NCBI GenBank assembly: GCA_031267375.1
Contig: JAIRZE010000023.1
Location: forward strand, 1-25,585
Length of the DNA: 25,585 nucleotides
Source of the DNA: Rickettsiales bacterium
Lineage (GTDB): Bacteria; Pseudomonadota; Alphaproteobacteria; Rs-D84
Direction of reading: 5' to 3'
Below, piece after piece: positions 7,321 to 14,929 of the stretch. Positions within the stretch are counted from its first letter, which is position 1. Every line of letters starts with the position of its first letter. The translations under genes were made by a program, and so were the position numbers. The notes under the pieces are model-generated. The model had not been told where the DNA came from. It did no database searches and saw only the letters and a program-made list of their open reading frames with translations.

Positions 7321-8064
7321 CCTGAATCAGCTCCCAAAATGCAGCGCGCCCCCTTCCTGTTCCTTTTATAATTTTACCAGAAATATCATCAAGTATATTT
7401 CCGATTTTCTTTATTTTTTGATTATCAGAAAGTATATCAGGCATTTTGCTTATCAATAAACCGTTTATATCGCTTCTTGTCGCTTTTTTATATTGTTTAA
7501 GATATCCCACCGTTCTATTTCTTCTCTGGATATTTTTGGATGCCGTGTTGAGAATCCGAATTTAGCTTTTTCTATCGCGGCAATATCTATATCCCCAACT
7601 GTTGCTCCATTGGCTGCCAATCCTGACCAATCCGTTTTTTTTTCGGATAGAATTTCATTTTGCTCCCTATCCGACATAATAAGCAGTTGCTGTCCCAACC
7701 GTTTTAACGGCATTCCCTTGTACCGCAAAATTTCGCCAGTTTCCCTGGATGGAATTTTAATGACGACAACACGCCGGTTTTCAGGAAATATCGTTTTAAT
7801 ATTTACAATTATTTTCTTATTGCTTTTGTCATATATGGATTCTTTCAATCTGACGATATCCTGAAAATCTTCGGTTCCAAATTCCTTTGTTTTTTCATTA
7901 TACCCTATTATTAAATATCCACCTTTCATATTGGCTATGCCGACGCAATAGCCAATGACGCATTTTTTGTCGCCTTCAAGCGGACATACTGCCTCAGATG
8001 CCTTGAATTCAACTATTTCGTTTTCACGATTTTCTATCAAGATTTTTAATTCTTCCGTTGTCAT
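7316..8064 (-). pseudogene. AlbA_2 (Schlafen-like) DNA-binding-domain protein with a C-terminal wHTH-like tail, split by a -1 frameshift
   Basis: ORF 7465..8064 begins MTTEELKILIENRENEIVEFKAS, typical of AlbA_2 / RecG-like putative regulators. ORF 7316..7510 overlaps it in the -1 frame and ends ...GKIIKGTGRGRAAFWELIQE, which is wHTH-like. The two frames meet at A_AAA_AAG (7483-7489). Confidence 0.6.
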
Positions 8065-8067
8065 AAA

Positions 8068-9384
8068 TTATTCTTCCAGATAATCCCTCAGCGCTTGGCC
8101 GGATAACGGCGCGGTTTCCCGGGCCGGCGCAACTATTGAAATTACCCGCGGACTCATAAACACAACCAATTCCGCAAACGGGCTGATCAGCGTTTCAGGC
8201 GCCGTCACAAACGAATGAGTCGGTATTCCGATAAATACATAATTATCCCCCAATGTCGTCGGCAATCTGAAACTGGACAATTCGCCGCCGCTGGTGCGCA
8301 GGACTATTTTTGAATCAACCTTTTTCATTCCCGCAAAGTCGCCGTATTTCGCCGTCGCCCCTATTATCAGATCCGTTTCCAAGCGCTCTTCCTTGGAACA
8401 CTGGCCTATGTCAAAGCGCGATTGCCAATCGTTCGGCAGAACAAAGCTGCCCTGAGAAATCAAGACCACATTTCCCTGCTGGCTTAAAAATTCCTGCAAG
8501 GTTTTGGTATTTATTTCAGGCCCCACAACCAATGCCCGGCCGACAACGCCCGGCACAGACATTTTCACATTGTTTTCACCCAAAGCCGGCAGAAGATTCA
8601 TCCATATTATCGGATTGTCCGTGCGCGGATACACGCGGTATACATCTATATCCCAGGCAACCATATATTTTTTGGAGCCTATGTCCGATACCAGCTTTGC
8701 AACTTCGCGCTCTGTCTGGTAATTTCCCTCAAACACAACCGTCTTGTCAGCCCAGTCCACGATCAGATTCCGCATATCCGACCCGTGCATAGCATCCAGC
8801 AAAGCCATTATTATGGATTGATCTTTCGGCATTTTCATCAGCCACTTTGTGCGATGAAACAAATGAATTTCCCGCGCGGCGTCATCGTATGAATAATAAG
8901 CCTTGCCCATTTTGGTAATCAGATCCAGCGCATCCTGCAAAGATCCGGACTTTATGGAACCAGTTATTTTTCCAGGCAAAGATTCATCTTCTACCACGGC
9001 TATATCCGTGCCGTCCAAAAGCTTGGCCAGCGCATCTGCAACGGTCAGCTTTGTGAATTCAAATTCTTCCACATTGAATCCGGGAAGGGGATCGCCGGCT
9101 TCCAGGCGAACTATCTCCACAGGCTCTTCCGGAACGACGGAAAGAACGGATTGATTGTTCCAGTCAACCTTGCATCGCTTTGGCAAGTCTATGGAAAAGC
9201 GGCGCGCGGCATCGGTGGTCAAAGCGGCTTTTTTTGGAAATATTGGAACAGAGTTTTCATCTATGACCAAATTGTCAACGACATTGACCAGATCATACTG
9301 AGGCCCCTGCTGTTGCTGCTGGGCCAGCGGCTGACAGGCACAAATCAGCAATGATAAATTGGCAATAAGTAAAAGTTTTTTCAT
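8068..9384 (-). CDS. Outer-membrane lipoprotein with secretin-like features (type IVb pilus PilN/BfpB/TcpC-like); orphan
   Basis: Start reassigned to the ATG at 9384 (RBS AAGGA). Lipobox LLICAC. An N0/STN-like segment (LTVADALAKLLDGTDIAVVEDESLPGKITGSIKSGSLQDALDLI) is present. The C-terminal half shows a secretin-like pattern (VAWDIDVYRV...GNVVLISQGSFVLPNDWQSRFDIGQ...LVVFMSPRVI). The family call is from pattern memory only. Confidence 0.4.
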   Translation of the reverse strand: MKKLLLIANLSLLICACQPLAQQQQQGPQYDLVNVVDNLVIDENSVPIFPKKAALTTDAARRFSIDLPKRCKVDWNNQSVLSVVPEEPVEIVRLEAGDPLPGFNVEEFEFTKLTVADALAKLLDGTDIAVVEDESLPGKITGSIKSGSLQDALDLITKMGKAYYSYDDAAREIHLFHRTKWLMKMPKDQSIIMALLDAMHGSDMRNLIVDWADKTVVFEGNYQTEREVAKLVSDIGSKKYMVAWDIDVYRVYPRTDNPIIWMNLLPALGENNVKMSVPGVVGRALVVGPEINTKTLQEFLSQQGNVVLISQGSFVLPNDWQSRFDIGQCSKEERLETDLIIGATAKYGDFAGMKKVDSKIVLRTSGGELSSFRLPTTLGDNYVFIGIPTHSFVTAPETLISPFAELVVFMSPRVISIVAPARETAPLSGQALRDYLEE

Positions 9385-9450
9385 AGCTTTTTCCTTGACT
9401 TTTATACATAAAATACCTATAATATCAACAAATGGGATGGGTACCATCCG

Positions 9451-9477
9451 GCGGCTGAGCAATCAGCCGCTTTTTTT
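9451..9477 (+). terminator. Hairpin plus T7, a perfect intrinsic terminator in the + orientation
   Basis: GCGGCTGA-GCAA-TCAGCCGC followed by TTTTTTT. It sits right at the DUF3800 stop. On the minus strand the hairpin has no U-run, so its orientation is odd relative to the flanking genes. Confidence 0.5.
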
Positions 9478-10180
9478 ATTCCCGGGGCAGAACAATCAGC
9501 CCGTTATCGCCCAGTTTTGTTTCAATTATATTCCACGCGCGGTTAGGCTGCCCCGGTTTCAGCAAATGAATGCCTATCGGCCTTGCGATCAAATCTGCAA
9601 ATTGCAGGCCATACCCGCCGGCAGATTTGACTTGTATTGAAATTCCAAACTCTTTTTCAGCGATTTGTTTGAAATAGTCATACAGCTTTTTATCAACATC
9701 CCTATATTCGTATAATGAATAAGCCCGCGATTCAAATGTTATAGTAGTATAGTTAAAATCATTCAGTTCTTGCAAGTATGATTTTATCGCAGACAAACCA
9801 AATTTCACAGCAGATTCATACAAATCATCTGGCAGATTCTTTGGGACGGCCTTGTCAAAAGCAACCGCTATGACTTTATATTGTATTTCCGACATCAATT
9901 GGTTCATATCGGACATAAAAGATTCCCTGGCCGAGGCATTTCTTAAAAACTCAAATTGCTTGACCTGTTTTCTGATGTCAACTTCGTGGAATATTGTATT
10001 CACATCTGGAAAATATTTCAGTTTAAGAGCTGCAAACTTTGGCAGCAATTTATTGCAGTATTCGGATTTTTCTATAATCATAAAAGCCAGAACAAACATT
10101 GGATATCCGTTTGGATTCAATGTGCGCAGATTTTGATCGCCGGACTCGTCAACAAAAACAAGATAATTTGAATTTTTCAT
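9476..10180 (-). CDS. DUF3800-family protein
   Basis: 234 aa. N-terminal YLVFVDESGD motif and the downstream GLQFADLIARPIG motif are characteristic of DUF3800. AT-rich. Confidence 0.7.
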   Translation of the reverse strand: MKNSNYLVFVDESGDQNLRTLNPNGYPMFVLAFMIIEKSEYCNKLLPKFAALKLKYFPDVNTIFHEVDIRKQVKQFEFLRNASARESFMSDMNQLMSEIQYKVIAVAFDKAVPKNLPDDLYESAVKFGLSAIKSYLQELNDFNYTTITFESRAYSLYEYRDVDKKLYDYFKQIAEKEFGISIQVKSAGGYGLQFADLIARPIGIHLLKPGQPNRAWNIIETKLGDNGLIVLPRE

Positions 10181-10243
10181 ATTAAAATTCTAGCACCCTG
10201 CTGAAAAATTTGCAAACGATTATAAATGCTGTTAAATAATAAG

Positions 10244-10265
10244 AAATCCGCCAGACGGCGGATTT
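10244..10265 (-). terminator. Hairpin after the 97-aa gene
   Basis: AAATCCGCC-AGAC-GGCGGATTT overlaps the stop codon. The minus-strand tail is UCUUAUUAUUU. Confidence 0.4.
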
Positions 10266-10558
10266 TATATATTCATAACCTTTTCAAATTCTTCCAGGGT
10301 CATTTCAAAAATCGGCTTTTGGGACGGGGTCGCAAGGTCCTTTACCTTTTCAAACTCTGCGCGTAAGCGCTCTGTCAGATTTTTTTCGCCCAGCTTTTCG
10401 CCATAAGACACCAGAAACTGCAAGACATCGGCGGCAAAAAAGCGCCCGACATAGTTTTCCGCCGCAATTCCGCCCTTGTTCACGCAAATAGCCGACATCA
10501 CGGTCAGCAGCTGGTTGTAAAAACCGGCCAGTTGCAAAAATTTCTCGTTGCTTGCCAT
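10265..10558 (-). CDS. Hypothetical protein (97 aa)
   Basis: Start reassigned to the ATG at 10558 (MASNEKF...). It is preceded by GGGAGC-G8-ATAT, a G-rich RBS. No recognisable motif. Confidence 0.55.
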   Translation of the reverse strand: MASNEKFLQLAGFYNQLLTVMSAICVNKGGIAAENYVGRFFAADVLQFLVSYGEKLGEKNLTERLRAEFEKVKDLATPSQKPIFEMTLEEFEKVMNI

Positions 10559-10599
10559 ATATCCCCCCCCGCTCCCTGTTGATATGATTATAAAAGTTA

Positions 10600-10628
10600 T
10601 TGCCACAGTATTGCAATTAAATTATAAT
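10600..10628 (+). promoter_or_regulatory. Promoter TTGCCA-17nt-TATAAT
   Basis: -35 at 10600-10605 and -10 at 10623-10628. The ATG at 10638 lies only 9 nt after the -10 box, which predicts a leaderless or near-leaderless mRNA. Confidence 0.6.
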
Positions 10629-10637
10629 AATGATGCT

Positions 10638-11027
10638 ATGAAATTAAAATTGCTAATTGCTAATTGCTCGTTGCTAATTCTTGTGGCTTGTTCGTCCCCG
10701 AACGGCGGCAGCATTGACAACGCCACGGTCCTGAACTGGGAGAACGAGGCGGTAACGACCGAGCAATTCGTAAAAGATCACAAAGTCTGCCTGGGGGTGG
10801 ATCGCCCCGCCCATATGCCGCGGTCGCGCCTAGCAAAGCTGATCGCCCCGAATCAAAGCGGGCAAATGCCGGACTGGGACGGATTATGGGTTACTTTTCA
10901 GTCAAACGAGTATTCTGATGTCGGTCAAAGGTCTTTGATGTCCGTTCCGCCGAATTCCACATCCAAATCAGTTGGCGCATACAGAAAATGTATGTTCAGA
11001 AAGGGCTATCTGCTGCGGGCAATGTAA
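10638..11027 (+). CDS. Lipoprotein, function unknown
   Basis: Start reassigned to MKLKLLIANCSLLILVAC (lipobox LVAC). 129 aa. The signal-peptide coding region contains tandem heptamers (AATTGCT)x3 plus one degenerate copy. Confidence 0.65.
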   Translation: MKLKLLIANCSLLILVACSSPNGGSIDNATVLNWENEAVTTEQFVKDHKVCLGVDRPAHMPRSRLAKLIAPNQSGQMPDWDGLWVTFQSNEYSDVGQRSLMSVPPNSTSKSVGAYRKCMFRKGYLLRAM

Positions 11028-11032
11028 AAAAA

Positions 11033-11884
11033 ATGAAGCCGCAAAAACTTCTCTTTATAACCAGCAATGCCACCCGCGGGCTGTACCTTTTCGGACGGCA
11101 GCTGCAAAAATTGGGCTTTGAAATAACAATCGCCGCGCCGGCTGGATCCCAGCACTTCTGGCTTTGGGGCGATTTCATCCCATTGCGCAAAGTTTTTAAG
11201 TTTCTATTTTCCACACGGAAATTCAAAGTTGCAACCGGCACTAAAATTTTTGCATTGGACAATGCGGCGGCGCGGTTTGCAACGCGCGCGAAATTAAAGT
11301 TTTCCGAAGCAGAGTTAAACTTTGGACTGGACCCTGTCGTATGGAATCCGAATGCTGCGACAATCGCCGCCCAGCAGAGAATTCTGAAAGAATTCGGAAT
11401 CGCGCCGCATCAAAAGCTTATCTCGGTTATCAGTCCGCTTGGGGCCAGCTTGGACGAATTAATTTCCGCAGTTATTTCTTTGCCACGCAATGATTTTGTA
11501 ATCGCGCTGACGGGATCCGCCGCGCCGCGCCGGGCAAAAAAGATTCTGAAAAAGATTGCGGATTCCGGCGCCGCGGACCGTATAATCTGCACCGGGGATA
11601 TTCGTGATATGCCGTCGTTCTTGCGGGCATCGTTTGCAATATTTTCTTTGGGCGAGCATCAGGAACAATTATTAAAATCCGCCGTATCAATGGGCCGGCC
11701 GACAGTCTGGGCTGAAAACGATTATGATATAAAGCCGAATATAATATTGAAAGATGATTTGATAAAGACTCTGAATACGGCATTGGATTTGCCGGGGGAT
11801 AAATTGGAAGCTTTTCAAAAAGCGAATCTGTCCGCCGCCAAGGGCTTTTCAATTGAAAAGACGGTGAAAGAATTTCTGGCTTAG
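11033..11884 (+). CDS. Glycosyltransferase-like (GT-B fold) protein, uncertain
   Basis: Start reassigned to MKPQKLLFITSN. Rossmann-like N-terminus (LLFITSNATRGLYLFGRQLQKLGFEITIAAP), and a C-terminal half with ...LTGSAAPRR...ICTGDIRDMPSFL. Weak similarity by eye only. Confidence 0.35.
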   Translation: MKPQKLLFITSNATRGLYLFGRQLQKLGFEITIAAPAGSQHFWLWGDFIPLRKVFKFLFSTRKFKVATGTKIFALDNAAARFATRAKLKFSEAELNFGLDPVVWNPNAATIAAQQRILKEFGIAPHQKLISVISPLGASLDELISAVISLPRNDFVIALTGSAAPRRAKKILKKIADSGAADRIICTGDIRDMPSFLRASFAIFSLGEHQEQLLKSAVSMGRPTVWAENDYDIKPNIILKDDLIKTLNTALDLPGDKLEAFQKANLSAAKGFSIEKTVKEFLA

Positions 11885-11891
11885 CGAATAA

Positions 11892-11925
11892 CACTATTCA
11901 CTATTCACTATTTTTATGCTATAAT
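11892..11925 (+). promoter_or_regulatory. (CACTATT)x3 tandem heptamers plus extended -10 TGcTATAAT upstream of ftsQ
   Basis: Heptamers at 11892-11912. TG at 11917-11918 and TATAAT at 11920-11925. The ATG at 11933 lies 7 nt after the -10 box. The -35-like TTCACT is formed by the repeat. Confidence 0.55.
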
Positions 11926-11932
11926 CCGTGTT

Positions 11933-12622
11933 ATGAAGAAATCCTTTTGGTTTTGGCTGTGCTTTGGGCTGGGCGTCGTTTTTGCGACCTATTTTTCAGC
12001 GCGTATTGCTATGACGCTTATGGGGCGCGGAAATCCCGCAATTATAAAAAACATTTCCATTCGCGCGGCAAATGGAAGCGCGGATATGGACGCCATAACC
12101 GCCGCCGCGGCCATTTCACCCGGAACAAAGACTTATTCGGTAAGTCTGGACGAACTGCGCGCGCGGATAAACAGCGTTCCGGATATAGAGTCTGCCAGCG
12201 TCCGGCGCCTGGGCAACGGAAATTTAGCTATTCAGGTAAAAGTCCGCAATGCTGTGGCGGTTTGGACCGACGGACAGGCTTTTTATCCCCTGACCCGCGA
12301 CGGACTGATTATAAAACGGCCGACGGATACGCGACCGGAACGACTGGTGCTTTTCAAAGGCCCGCTGCCGGACGATATATCGGCAATTGTGCGGGCATTG
12401 CGCGGCGCACCCGGCGTGGCGGCGGCCGGCGATTATTTGGAATGGCAAGAGATGCGGCGCTGGAATCTGCATACAAAGTCCGGGGCAATTATTTATCTGC
12501 CCGAAGAAAAACCTGAAAATGCGATCTCGGCCTTGGCGGTGCTGGCGCAAAAACACCAATTGCTTTCCCGCGAAATAGCAATAATAGATATGCGCGACAA
12601 CGCAAGGGTGCTGGTAAAATAG
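11933..12622 (+). CDS. ftsQ: Cell division protein FtsQ
   Basis: 229 aa. N-terminal TM helix, then a POTRA-like block (ISIRAANGSADMDAITAAAAISPGTKTYSVSLDELRARINSVPDIESASVRRLGNGNLAIQV). An FtsA-like gene lies downstream. Confidence 0.8.
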   Translation: MKKSFWFWLCFGLGVVFATYFSARIAMTLMGRGNPAIIKNISIRAANGSADMDAITAAAAISPGTKTYSVSLDELRARINSVPDIESASVRRLGNGNLAIQVKVRNAVAVWTDGQAFYPLTRDGLIIKRPTDTRPERLVLFKGPLPDDISAIVRALRGAPGVAAAGDYLEWQEMRRWNLHTKSGAIIYLPEEKPENAISALAVLAQKHQLLSREIAIIDMRDNARVLVK

Positions 12623-12688
12623 AGTAGAGAGTAAAGAGTAGAGAGTTAAGCTTAATATCTCTACTCTCTAATCTCTACTCTCTACTCT
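12621..12688. repeat. Imperfect long palindrome built of AGAGTAN heptamers, centred on AAGCTT
   Basis: Left arm AGAGTAGAGAGTAAAGAGTAGAGAGTT, right arm AATATCTCTACTCTCTAATCTCTACTCTCTACTCT. It fills the whole ftsQ-ftsA spacer and ends 4 nt before the ATG at 12693. Confidence 0.8.
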
Positions 12689-12692
12689 GAAA

Positions 12693-14456
12693 ATGAATCT
12701 GCTTGACTCATCTTTTCTGTGCTTGGATTTGGGCAGCTCTGCGGTGCGCGGGCTGGCGTGCCGCGTGCAGAACGGGCTGATAACAAAATCCGCGGCATTT
12801 TCCGCGCAAAGCTATGATACTGTTTTCGCAATAAAGTCTGTTATTGATGAACTGGAAAAGCAAATCGGAAGAAGTCTGGATCGGGCATTTATAACCGGAA
12901 ATTTCGGAAACTATGACTTTAATATCATAACGCGGACAAGCAATTGGCCCAAAGAGCACAAGATAACCCAGGGCGATATTCTGGAACAAACAACGCGGGA
13001 ACCCGCGACGGACGGCTTTGCGCCCCTGCATATAATTCCGCTGCGGTTTGATACAGCCGGCGCCAGAAATCTTGCGAATCCGGCGGGGCAAATTTCCACG
13101 GAACTGACATCCGTATTCGGCGCGATAAGCTGTGATTCCGCGCAAATGCAGAACGCGGCGGCGATTCTGCGTGCCGCGCATTTGCAGAGCGAGGGGTTTT
13201 ACGACGGCGCCTATTTGCTGAGCCAGATGACGGAAACGCCGGCGGCATTTCTGGATCTGGGCGCGGAATTTTCAAGCCTCTCCGTATGGACGAAACGCGG
13301 GCCCGTGTTTTTCAAAAAGATAAATATCGGTCAGGATGCGATAACAAATGCCATAGCGGACGAATTTGACATAAGCCGCGCGGAAGCGCTGCGGATAAAG
13401 CACAGCGCGGTCCGCACCACTATTTCGGAAATGGACAGGTTTACACCCGCGGACGCGAATTATGATTTTTCCAGGGCCGATTTGAATTCCGTCGCGCTGG
13501 AAATATTGAATGAAATAGGGAATATGGCAAAGGAAGAATTGGCGCCGTTTTTAGAAAAATACGAAATAGACAAATTGTACCTGTCCGGCGGCGGATCAGA
13601 GCTGGCGGGGTCCGCAGACTTTTTCAAAACAAAGTTGAATGCTAATATTGAAATCCTGGGCGCTGGCGCCGCGGTCTTTGCATTGAAAGAATTCGTCTGG
13701 AATGCGGAATCTTATCGCGTGAAATCCTATCTGGCGCGGCGCGCGCGTTGGAAATCCCGCATATCCGCGCTTGCGAATATATTCGCGCGCAAAAAGAAAA
13801 AACGGCGCCCGCATTTGGTGCCGATAATGCCCAGTGTCGCGTCCTTTGATATGAACGATCCCGCGACATATATTATGTTTGCGAATGCCGGGATAGGGGC
13901 GCTGCATATTGACATTATGGACGGATTTTTCGTTGACAAGATTACTGGCGGAATAGAAGAATTGAGGGCGATCCGCGCGCGGACGCGTATGCGCCTGAAT
14001 GTGCATCTGATGACGGAAAGCCCGGTGTCTTGGGCAACTGCGGCGGCAGAGGCCGGGGCGGATACTATCATAGTTTCAACCGGAACAGCCGGAGCACGGG
14101 CGGCGCTGCGGAAAATAAAGGAATTGGGAAAGCGGGCGGGAATCGCCCTGAACCCGGAATCGCCGGCGGCGATATTAAAGCCCGTATTGCGCGAAATTGA
14201 CGAAGTCCTGGTTATGTCGGTCCGTCCGGGGGCATCGGGCCAAAAGTTTATGGAAGAAGTACTGCCGAAAATATCGGCGCTTGCAAACACGCGGAAAAAA
14301 TACGGCCTGAAATATAGGATAAGTGTTGACGGCGGAATAAACGCTGAAACAGCACGGATGTGCTGGGCGGCGGGCGCGGATATGCTGGCCAGCGAAACAT
14401 ACCTGGCGCACGCGCCTGACTTTGCATTGGCGGTGGAATCGCTTCTGCCGAAATAA
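12693..14456 (+). CDS. Fusion ORF: divergent FtsA-like actin-fold protein (about aa 1-370) plus ribulose-phosphate 3-epimerase (about aa 375-587)
   Basis: N-terminal part: LCLDLGSSAVRG, FLDLGAEFSSLSVW and LYLSGGGSELAG (actin/FtsA phosphate and adenosine motifs), then a basic amphipathic tail WKSRISALANIFARKKKKRRP. C-terminal part: PSVASFD, HIDIMDGFFV, NVHLM, NPESP, VMSVRPGASGQKF, VDGGIN and AGADML (Rpe signature blocks). There is no stop between the two parts. An in-frame ATG lies at 13827. Confidence 0.75.
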   Translation: MNLLDSSFLCLDLGSSAVRGLACRVQNGLITKSAAFSAQSYDTVFAIKSVIDELEKQIGRSLDRAFITGNFGNYDFNIITRTSNWPKEHKITQGDILEQTTREPATDGFAPLHIIPLRFDTAGARNLANPAGQISTELTSVFGAISCDSAQMQNAAAILRAAHLQSEGFYDGAYLLSQMTETPAAFLDLGAEFSSLSVWTKRGPVFFKKINIGQDAITNAIADEFDISRAEALRIKHSAVRTTISEMDRFTPADANYDFSRADLNSVALEILNEIGNMAKEELAPFLEKYEIDKLYLSGGGSELAGSADFFKTKLNANIEILGAGAAVFALKEFVWNAESYRVKSYLARRARWKSRISALANIFARKKKKRRPHLVPIMPSVASFDMNDPATYIMFANAGIGALHIDIMDGFFVDKITGGIEELRAIRARTRMRLNVHLMTESPVSWATAAAEAGADTIIVSTGTAGARAALRKIKELGKRAGIALNPESPAAILKPVLREIDEVLVMSVRPGASGQKFMEEVLPKISALANTRKKYGLKYRISVDGGINAETARMCWAAGADMLASETYLAHAPDFALAVESLLPK

Positions 14457-14514
14457 TATTCTATCTCCGCTCTTCTATCTTCGCTCTGCGCTCTCTGTTA
14501 AGAATCCCTGCCTA

Positions 14515-14544
14515 TTGCCGCGAACGAGCCCTCCGCGCTAGAAT
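14515..14544 (+). promoter_or_regulatory. Promoter TTGCCG-18nt-TAGAAT
   Basis: -35 at 14515-14520 and -10 at 14539-14544. The ATG at 14555 lies 10 nt after the -10 box. Confidence 0.5.
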
Positions 14545-14554
14545 ATTTTTGTAA

Positions 14555-14929
14555 ATGAAATGGAGAATCGCCGTGAACAAAACAGCTGTTATGAAATTGT
14601 CGGACCTGTTGCGCCTGACGCCTTATCAATCTTACATACTGGAACAAAACGGGGAAAAGTACAATCTGGACCGGCTGATAAAAAAAGGCGTGGTGCTTTA
14701 CGCTCCGTACCGCTGCACCGCCAGCCGCGGGATTGGCGATTGCATTGCGAAAGTATTTCGCGGGCCGCGCGCGGACCTGATCGGCAGCGACAGGATTCTG
14801 GTGCGCGACCAGCGCGGGATAAAGCTTTTTGCGACGGGATTTTTCAGCGCGCGAGACGGGCGAGGAAAATACTACGCGGATTCAAACGGCGCGCGGATAG
14901 AGAAAAGAATCTTTGACAGGATTGTGTAA
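14555..14929 (+). CDS. Hypothetical protein (124 aa)
   Basis: ORF with a promoter immediately upstream. No recognisable motif. Its stop abuts the stop of the convergent gene with 0 nt between them. Confidence 0.5.
   Translation: MKWRIAVNKTAVMKLSDLLRLTPYQSYILEQNGEKYNLDRLIKKGVVLYAPYRCTASRGIGDCIAKVFRGPRADLIGSDRILVRDQRGIKLFATGFFSARDGRGKYYADSNGARIEKRIFDRIV

Noticed and set aside
9385-9462. 26-codon N-terminal extension of the secretin-like lipoprotein ORF. Similar extensions exist at 10559-10606, 10548-10637, 10988-11032, 16308-16364 and 19328-19408.
   Set aside because: In each case an internal ATG is preceded by an RBS or promoter and starts a proper signal peptide or conserved N-terminus. The extensions overlap neighbouring genes or regulatory sequence.
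11947-12516. 189-aa Arg/Gly-rich ORF in an alternative frame of ftsQ.
   Set aside because: Its composition is typical of an off-frame read of GC-rich coding DNA. The FtsQ frame has the TM plus POTRA features.
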